Shown: positions 57,608-64,000 of the stretch, piece after piece
Layout: every line of letters starts with the position of its first letter
How positions within the stretch are numbered: the first letter of the stretch is position 1
From: Candidatus Micrarchaeota archaeon
GTDB lineage: Archaea; Micrarchaeota; Micrarchaeia; Norongarragalinales; Norongarragalinaceae
Assembly: GCA_016207165.1 (NCBI GenBank)
Contig: JACQQD010000005.1
Span: 128,001 to 192,000, forward strand
Direction of reading: 5' to 3'
Length of the DNA: 64,000 bases
Notes under the pieces: generated by a model
Seen by the model: the letters and a program-made list of their open reading frames with translations, nothing else
What the model was told of the DNA's origin: nothing
Database searches by the model: none
Made by a program: the position numbers and the translations under genes

Positions 57608-58510
57608 TCACTCGATCAAACGAGCTTCAATGACTTGATCGGACGTGAAGCTTTCCAGCTTCAAATAGAATGCCGACGTGTCCACCAACGCCTGCAGCGG
57701 GACCATGCCCACGATTTCGCTCTCGGTGATTTGTACGCCGTGCTTTTCGGCTTCTTTCTTTACGGCTTCAAAGGCCTTGAAGATGGGTGTTTCCAAATAG
57801 TTGACCAAGTTCATGGACACCTGCACGATGCCTTTTTCCCTGATTTCAAAGCCCATGGCCTTGACGTGCGGCAAGCCGCCGTCTTTCTCCCGCACGGCTT
57901 TGGCAATCGCCTTGGCAATGGACACGTCCGCTGTAGCCAAATTGACGTTGAATGCAATCAATGGCATGCGCGCGCCAACCGCGGTGAAACCCGCGCTTGC
58001 ATGCATTCGGGTTGGGCCGTAGTCCGGTTTGCGGGACGGATTCGTCTGGAATTCGGCTTTGATGCCTTCGTACTCTCCGCGGCGCACGTCCGCCAAATTG
58101 GTGCGTGCCGGGGTTTTGGCCGCGGATTCGTACAAGTACACTGGAATACGTAGTTCGTCACCGATTCTTTTTCCGACCTCGTTGGCGTATTGCACGCACT
58201 CTGCCATGGACACGTTTTGAATGGGTATGAAAGGGATGACGTCCGTGGCGCCCATCCGGGGATGCTGTCCGCGGTGTTTTTCCATGTCGATGAGTTCCGC
58301 GGCTTTCTTGCACGCCAAAAAAGCCGCTTGCTTGACTGCCTCCGGTTCGCCCAAGTACGAGACGTCCAACCGGTTGTGGTCTGCATCCGCGAGACTGGAT
58401 AGTACCGTGATTCCGGGAACGGATTGAATTTCCGCGATGATGGAGTCCATGACGGCCTGGTTTCTTCCTTCGCTGAAGTTGGGAACGCATTCCACGATTT
58501 TTTTGGCCAT
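57608..58510 (-). CDS. ftcd: Glutamate formiminotransferase
   Basis: VECVPNFSEGR, DHNR, HPRMGATDVIPF, QVSMNL. Confidence 0.94.
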   Translation of the reverse strand: MAKKIVECVPNFSEGRNQAVMDSIIAEIQSVPGITVLSSLADADHNRLDVSYLGEPEAVKQAAFLACKKAAELIDMEKHRGQHPRMGATDVIPFIPIQNVSMAECVQYANEVGKRIGDELRIPVYLYESAAKTPARTNLADVRRGEYEGIKAEFQTNPSRKPDYGPTRMHASAGFTAVGARMPLIAFNVNLATADVSIAKAIAKAVREKDGGLPHVKAMGFEIREKGIVQVSMNLVNYLETPIFKAFEAVKKEAEKHGVQITESEIVGMVPLQALVDTSAFYLKLESFTSDQVIEARLIE

Positions 58511-58607
58511 AACACCCCAAACCCAAAAAGACAAGTCGGCGCAAGGCGCGCTTGAGTTTTGTTGGATGGCCACCGTTTTTAAGGATTGCAGGGCGCTACA
58601 TTGTAGA

Positions 58608-59864
58608 ATGGCCAAAATCAAAGCCGACGTGGTAATCCAAAATGCCGGCGAACTTGTCACCGTGGCCTCCAAAGGAAAACCGCTTGCCGGAAAGAACGCC
58701 GGCCACATTGGAGTCATTCCCGACGGCGCCCTGGCCATCGCCGGCCATCGAATCATCGCCGTGGGCACCACGAGCGCCGTGTTGAAAAACGTGGATGCCG
58801 CCGATGCCCAAATCTTTGACGCTTCCGGAAAGACCGTGCTACCCGGTTTCGTGGACTGCCACACGCATCTGGTGTTCGCCGGCTCGCGCGAAGACGAGCT
58901 TGAACTCAAAGCCCAGGGCGTGCCTTACTTGGAAATCCTCAAAAGAGGCGGCGGAATCCTCCAGACGGTCCGGCAAACCCGCGCCGCATCAAAAGGCCAA
59001 CTCGTCGAAAATGCCGTGCGGACCTTGAACACCATGCTGGAACACGGCACCACCACAATCGAGGCCAAATCCGGCTACGGGTTGGAAGTAAAAACCGAGA
59101 TGAAAATCCTCGACGCGGCAACCCAAGCCGCCAAGCGTTCGCCCGTGGAAATCGTCAACACGTTTTTGGGCGCGCACGCCGTGCCGCCGGATGCGACGGC
59201 CGACCAATACACGAAAACCGTCATTGAAGAAATGATTCCGCAAGCCGTTGGTAAAGCCGAGTACGGCGACGTGTTCTGCGAAAAGGACGTTTTTTCCGTG
59301 GACCAAAGCCGCCGCATTTTAAAGGCCGGAAAAAAAGTCGGTCTAAAGACGCGAATTCATGCGGACCAACTCAACAGGACCGGCGGCGCGGAACTGGCCG
59401 CTGAAGTCAACGCCGTGTCCGCCGACCACCTCATCCACGCCTCGACAGACGGCATCCGTCGGATGGCCCAAAGCGGCACCGTCGCCGTCCTTTTGCCCGC
59501 CACCGGACTGTCTTCCATGCTGCCGTACGCACAAGCCCGAGCCTTCATCGACGCCGGCGTTCCAGTCGCCCTTGGAACGGACTTTAATCCCAACTGTTGG
59601 TGCGAATCCATGCCGTTTTCCATGGCGTTGGCCTGCCGCTACCTCAAGATGACGGCGGCTGAAGCCATCGCCGCGTCCACGATCAACGCCGCCCATTCCT
59701 TGAACCGCGCGGACCGAATCGGCAGCCTGGAAGTCGGCAAACAGGCCGACGCCGTCATCCTGGACGCGCCCAACCACCAATTTGTTCCTTACCAATTCGG
59801 CGTCAACCGCGTCCAAACCGTCATCAAGAAAGGCAACGTCGTGGTCCAGAAATCCAACGAGTGA
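58608..59864 (+). CDS. hutI: Imidazolonepropionase
   Basis: DCHTHLVF, GGGI, EAKSGYG, HADQL, SADH, TDFNP. Confidence 0.95.
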   Translation: MAKIKADVVIQNAGELVTVASKGKPLAGKNAGHIGVIPDGALAIAGHRIIAVGTTSAVLKNVDAADAQIFDASGKTVLPGFVDCHTHLVFAGSREDELELKAQGVPYLEILKRGGGILQTVRQTRAASKGQLVENAVRTLNTMLEHGTTTIEAKSGYGLEVKTEMKILDAATQAAKRSPVEIVNTFLGAHAVPPDATADQYTKTVIEEMIPQAVGKAEYGDVFCEKDVFSVDQSRRILKAGKKVGLKTRIHADQLNRTGGAELAAEVNAVSADHLIHASTDGIRRMAQSGTVAVLLPATGLSSMLPYAQARAFIDAGVPVALGTDFNPNCWCESMPFSMALACRYLKMTAAEAIAASTINAAHSLNRADRIGSLEVGKQADAVILDAPNHQFVPYQFGVNRVQTVIKKGNVVVQKSNE

Positions 59865-59873
59865 AACGAACTC

Positions 59874-60542
59874 ATGTGGGTCGCTGAATTCCGCGTCTGG
59901 CACGAATCCTCGCACGTGCTTTCGCTGACCAAGAAATTCAACGTGACGGTCCACAGCGTGTATTTGTCCCTCTACAAGAAAGGCCGCCGCACGCTGATCA
60001 ACAAAGTCTTCTCCGTCAACGGCCCCGACGCGCAAAAATACATTGCGGAAATGAAGAAAGGACACCAACGCTACCGCGTACGGCACGTGGAGCAAAACTA
60101 CGTGTTTTTTTCCATCCCCTTGGACCCCCACGCCATTTCCTACCACGCGTTGGTGCTGGACGACGAAACTTTTTTCGTCCGCCCGTTCGTCCTGAAAGGC
60201 GGATATGAATATTGGACCGTGGCGTCTTGGAACAAAAACGCGTTGACCCAATTGTACAAGAAAACCAAAGCCGCTGGCGAGGCGTCCTCCATCACGCTTT
60301 TGTCCCTCAAAAAAACGCGGGTGGACTTGTTCGTCCCCGACGCCCTCCAGCGCCTCGGCGCCAAGCAAGCCCAGGTTTTGCAATCCGCGGTCTTTATGGG
60401 GTACTATGGTTATCCCCGCAAACTCTCCTTGAAGGTTTTGGCCCGAAAACTCGGCCTCAGCCCGGCCACCGTCCGCGAACACCTGCGAAACGCGGAAGCC
60501 AAGATTTTGCCGGCGGCCACGGAACAGCTGGCGCGGCGTTAA
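59874..60542 (+). CDS. HTH-10 transcriptional regulator, paralog 3
   Basis: MWVAEFRVWH; KQ...GYYGYPRK...EHLRNAEAK. Confidence 0.87.
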   Translation: MWVAEFRVWHESSHVLSLTKKFNVTVHSVYLSLYKKGRRTLINKVFSVNGPDAQKYIAEMKKGHQRYRVRHVEQNYVFFSIPLDPHAISYHALVLDDETFFVRPFVLKGGYEYWTVASWNKNALTQLYKKTKAAGEASSITLLSLKKTRVDLFVPDALQRLGAKQAQVLQSAVFMGYYGYPRKLSLKVLARKLGLSPATVREHLRNAEAKILPAATEQLARR

Positions 60543-60593
60543 ACCGCGCATGCGCGGGTCAAACCCATTTAAGGCCAGACGTTAACCGTTTAA

Positions 60594-62141
60594 ATGGTTT
60601 TCATGCTGCAACACGGTTTTACTCATTTAAACGACGATACGCCGTGGATTTTGGCCGAAGACATTCCGGACATGGACTTGTTCTTCAGCCAGATTTGGAT
60701 CAAAAGCTTCGTCAACAACCTATCCAATTCCTGCGGCAAAAACTACAAGAAAGTCTTGGCGGTATACCGGGGCTACCACCAACAATTCTATTACGGCGAA
60801 AAAGACTGCCACGATTTTGCCAAACACCTTATTTCCAAACTCAAATCCGAACCCGGTTGGGGCGACGCCATCAACGAAAACATCGTTTTATTCTCCGACC
60901 AATTGGCCGCCCACGCCCAAAGCGTTTCCTCCGTGGACCTCAAATCCGCTTCCAACGCCTACCTTTGGCAACAGTACGAAACGCATGTGCGCCTTCACAC
61001 CCAGTTGTACGAATGGGGCTGGCTTCCCAACGCCGTGGACATGTTTTTCCCGGAATTGACCAACCACCTCAAAGCCGTCCTGCGCTCCCACGCCGACAAC
61101 GAAGAACAAGTCAACACGTGGTTCGTTTGCCTGACCACGTCGGAACAGGAAACCATTGCCTCCCACGAACACAAAGACCTCGTCCGGCTTGCCCTCGAAA
61201 TCCGCAACGACGAACGCATGACCCAACTCTTCCAGAAAGGCACGACCCACGCCATGCAACACACGCCCCCCGAAATCAAGAAACAACTTCACGACATTCA
61301 CTCCAAATACAAGCACCTCCAATTCATGTACCACGGCCGCGCCGGAAAACTGGAAGACGTTTTCTTTGCGTTGGAAGCGCTTCTCAACGACAAGAAAGAC
61401 TTGGCCGAGGAACTCAACCGCATCGAAAACCTTTCTAAAAAAACCAAGGCCGCCAAAGGAAAACTCTTTACCGAATTGAAATTGCCTTCAAAACACAAGC
61501 ACCTATTCCACGTGTTCGCGGAATTCATGTACACCAAATGGCACCGCAGAAACGCCCAAATCCTGGCGCTTTACCACTTGGAGCCCCTTCTTTTGGAAAT
61601 CGCGTCCCGCTTGGGGTTGACCCTCCAACACGTCCGCACCCTTTTGTGGTCGGAAGTGAAAGCCGGGCTACTTGAAGACAAACCCATCAAGCCAAAAGAC
61701 GTCGACTCCCGTTTCACCTATTACGCCTACTACGTCGAAAAAGGAAGGGAAGCCATTTTCTTGGGCAACGACGCGGAAGCCCTGGAAAAAAAGGCCAAGA
61801 CTCTCTTTGTCGATGAAAACCTCCAGGAGCTGCGCGGCCAGACCGCGTGCCTGGGCAAAGCCGTCGGCACGGTCAAAATCGTTCTCGGACCCAAGGACCT
61901 CTCCAAAATGAGGAAAGGCGACGTCTTGGTTGCCATCGCCACGGATCCCGACGTGGTGCCAGGCATGAAAATCGCTTCGGCGATTGTCACCGAGCAAGGC
62001 GGAGTGACTTCGCATGCCGCGATCGTCTCCAGAGAACTGGGCGTGCCCTGCCTCATCGGCACGAAAATCGCGACGAAATGGCTGAAAGACGGTGACCGGG
62101 TTGAAGTTGACGCCACGAAAGGTTTGGTCCGAAAACTTTAA
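60594..62141 (+). CDS. Helical domain + phospho-His swivel domain protein, paralog 4
   Basis: TEQGGVTSHAAIVSRELGVPCLIGT. Confidence 0.85.
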   Translation: MVFMLQHGFTHLNDDTPWILAEDIPDMDLFFSQIWIKSFVNNLSNSCGKNYKKVLAVYRGYHQQFYYGEKDCHDFAKHLISKLKSEPGWGDAINENIVLFSDQLAAHAQSVSSVDLKSASNAYLWQQYETHVRLHTQLYEWGWLPNAVDMFFPELTNHLKAVLRSHADNEEQVNTWFVCLTTSEQETIASHEHKDLVRLALEIRNDERMTQLFQKGTTHAMQHTPPEIKKQLHDIHSKYKHLQFMYHGRAGKLEDVFFALEALLNDKKDLAEELNRIENLSKKTKAAKGKLFTELKLPSKHKHLFHVFAEFMYTKWHRRNAQILALYHLEPLLLEIASRLGLTLQHVRTLLWSEVKAGLLEDKPIKPKDVDSRFTYYAYYVEKGREAIFLGNDAEALEKKAKTLFVDENLQELRGQTACLGKAVGTVKIVLGPKDLSKMRKGDVLVAIATDPDVVPGMKIASAIVTEQGGVTSHAAIVSRELGVPCLIGTKIATKWLKDGDRVEVDATKGLVRKL

Positions 62142-62437
62142 GGCTTTGGCACTTCCGCCAACCGTTTTTCCAAGTCCCGGTATTGGTCTTTTCGCTCCAG
62201 AATGCAGACGACGATGACATTGGGTTCCAACACCACGTAGACCAACCGCGAATCGCGTTGCTGGACGTTTAAAGCCACCCGAAACACCTTGGAAAAACGG
62301 TTCGAGTGGAGGCGCTTGAAGCGATACGGGTTTTCTTGTATCAAATCCAGCTTGGACTGGATAATCCGCTTTTCCTTGTGCGTCAAGTCCTTGATTTGCT
62401 CCGCAAAATAAGGCGTCGCTTGTAAGACAAACGTCAT
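62138..62437 (-). CDS. RelE/ParE-like toxin
   Basis: 99 aa, NPYRFKRL...VFRV...RLVY; ATGA overlap with upstream antitoxin. Confidence 0.7.
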   Translation of the reverse strand: MTFVLQATPYFAEQIKDLTHKEKRIIQSKLDLIQENPYRFKRLHSNRFSKVFRVALNVQQRDSRLVYVVLEPNVIVVCILERKDQYRDLEKRLAEVPKP

Positions 62438-62682
62438 GTTTTCAGCAACCTTCGGAGCTCTTTCTCCGAAACCAGGTTGCCTTCCTCCAATGACTTCTGA
62501 ACCAGCTTCTCAACGAGTTCAATTTCCTTGGGCGTCAAATCGTCCTCGTCGTCCAGCACCTTCTCCCGAATGCTGTCCGCGGCCAACTCCTGGATGTTGC
62601 GATACCCGTACTTGTCGGCGTATTGATTCGCCGCCTTGTACAGTTTTTCCGGCATCTTTAGGTTGACTTGCACTGTTTTCAT
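62434..62682 (-). CDS. Ribbon-helix-helix antitoxin
   Basis: MKTVQVNLKMPEKL...YGYRNIQE...IREKV, acidic tail VSEKEL. Confidence 0.7.
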   Translation of the reverse strand: MKTVQVNLKMPEKLYKAANQYADKYGYRNIQELAADSIREKVLDDEDDLTPKEIELVEKLVQKSLEEGNLVSEKELRRLLKT

Positions 62683-62772
62683 GGAATCCTTTAGGTAGCT
62701 TTGGATAATTAAAGCTATCGAAAGGCATTGCAAAGGATATAATGTGTTGGGTGTTTCCACTCATTGCATTCA

Positions 62773-63501
62773 ATGCCCAAAACCCACGCCTTCTACACGG
62801 ATTTGGCCGAGTACTACGACGTGGTCTACCTCTACGTGGACTACCGCCGGCACGCCGACGCGATTTTCTCGCTCATCCAGAAATACAAGAAAAACGACAA
62901 CCCCAAGCTCTTGGACATGGCCTGCGGCACCGGCACGCATGCGAAACTTCTCTCCCCAAAGGGTTTTGTTGTCACCGGCGTGGACATCAGCGAGAACATG
63001 CTGGCCGTGGCCCGGAAGAAAAACCCCGGCATTTTTTTTGTACGCGGCGACATGCGAACGTTTGCTCCAAAGGAAAAATTCGGCGTGGTGTTGTGCTTCC
63101 ACAACGCCATCCTCTACAACCAGGACGAAGCCCAGATGCGCGCCACCCTGTCCAACTTTTTCTCCGCCTTGCAGCCCGGCGGCATCCTCGTATTTGACGC
63201 CGTAGACAAACGCATCGGCGCCACGCCCAAACGCGGCGAGTACCGGTTCAACAGTTCCGACCTCAACTTGTCTTTCAAGCCCCAGTGGGCCTACAACGAA
63301 AAAACCAACCGACTGGACTTGGCCATCGACTTTGACGTCAACGGCAAAACCTTCCACGACCACCACGAAATGGGCGCCTTCACCCTGCAAGAACTCAAAG
63401 ACCACGCAAAAAACGCCGGTTTCGACGTGTTCCTCCTGCAACGCAACTTCGAATTTCCCCGCAAAGAAGAAGCCTTATTCGTCTGCCGCAAACCCCTTTA
63501 A
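62773..63501 (+). CDS. Class I SAM-dependent methyltransferase
   Basis: LLDMACGTG, GVDIS..ML, GDMR, PGGILVFD. Confidence 0.9.
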   Translation: MPKTHAFYTDLAEYYDVVYLYVDYRRHADAIFSLIQKYKKNDNPKLLDMACGTGTHAKLLSPKGFVVTGVDISENMLAVARKKNPGIFFVRGDMRTFAPKEKFGVVLCFHNAILYNQDEAQMRATLSNFFSALQPGGILVFDAVDKRIGATPKRGEYRFNSSDLNLSFKPQWAYNEKTNRLDLAIDFDVNGKTFHDHHEMGAFTLQELKDHAKNAGFDVFLLQRNFEFPRKEEALFVCRKPL

Positions 63502-63531
63502 TTCTGGTTCCGTCACCAAAGAGTTCCACAA

Positions 63532-63640
63532 GCCAGGGTGGCGGAGCGGTTATCGCGCCGGTCTTGAAGGCCCTACGTAATCAAAGGCCCAGAAAACCGG
63601 TGCCCTCACGGGCGCAGGAGTTCGAATCTCCTCCCTGGCG
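63532..63640 (+). tRNA. tRNA-Ser(UGA) with 26-nt intron at position 37/38 (63569-63594)
   Basis: Acceptor GCCAGGG/CCCTGGC-G, anticodon stem CCGGT/ACCGG with CT-TGA-A, long variable arm, GTTCGAATC T-loop, relaxed bulge-helix-bulge. Confidence 0.93.
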
Positions 63641-63706
63641 TTGAGTCCTAGGCTCTGCTCTGCACCATGTACTTTTAAACGGGTGGATGGCCTGAATGGT
63701 AATGAA

Positions 63707-64000
63707 ATGAAGTTGTCACCCAAACAACGCGAAGAACTGCTTGCGACGTTGAAATCCCGGTTTGAGAAGAACATGCGCCGCCACAAGGGCCTGGCTTGGG
63801 CTAACGTCCAAGCCAAACTGGAAGCCAACCCAGGAAAACTGTGGTCGCTCAACGAAATGGAAAGAACGGGCGGAGAGCCGGATGTTGTGGGTCGTGATAA
63901 AAAGGCGGGCGAATACGTTTTTTTTGATTGTTCAGCGGAAAGTCCTAGCGGCCGACGAAGCGTTTGTTACGACCGTGAAGCGCAGGACGCCCGGAAGGAA
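63707..64000 (+). CDS. DUF4256-family protein, partial (runs off the window)
   Basis: LKSRFEKNMRRH...KLWSLNEMERTGGEPDV...DCSAESPSGRRSVCYD. Confidence 0.8.
   Translation, partial: MKLSPKQREELLATLKSRFEKNMRRHKGLAWANVQAKLEANPGKLWSLNEMERTGGEPDVVGRDKKAGEYVFFDCSAESPSGRRSVCYDREAQDARKE

Noticed and set aside
46610-62141. Calling the swivel proteins rifampin resistance genes
   Set aside because: Only the architecture is similar. The substrate cannot be inferred from the divergent N-domains.
1-64000. Prophage, integrase, transposase, reverse transcriptase or CRISPR-Cas locus
   Set aside because: No recognisable motifs for any of these were seen in the ORF track or intergenic regions.

Overview
Archaeal chromosomal segment of moderately high GC. 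Split RpoB, L30e, aEF-1alpha, an intron-containing tRNA and geranylgeranyl reductase support this. A DPANN lineage such as Micrarchaeota is my inference, not a classification result. From left to right it holds: the 5' end of thiI; a kinase-dCMP deaminase fusion; oxidoreductases; an aconitase-icd-aclB-aclA (ATP citrate lyase) operon; rpoH-rpoB''-rpoB'-fused rpoA; about 8 kb of surface and ABC genes; rpl30e-nusA-rps12-rps7-fusA-tuf-rps10; a DUF1805-thrC-ilvBHCDE operon; a complete hut/FTCD histidine-degradation set; a TA pair; and tRNA-Ser(UGA). There are four strong candidates for undescribed biology. (1) A short covarying hairpin element occurs twice, each copy flanked by a 29-40 bp duplication of a gene start or end and spanned by a small ORF that preserves translational coupling. 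(2) A modular 'split' PEP-synthase/rifampin-phosphotransferase-like system has one ATP-grasp subunit, four variable His-swivel subunits and three paralogous HTH regulators. (3) A structured leader with a Leu-rich uORF and an anti-RBS sequence precedes the ilv operon. (4) A threonine synthase is fused to a LeuA/CimA-type allosteric domain. All calls come from reading motifs by eye; no searches were run.
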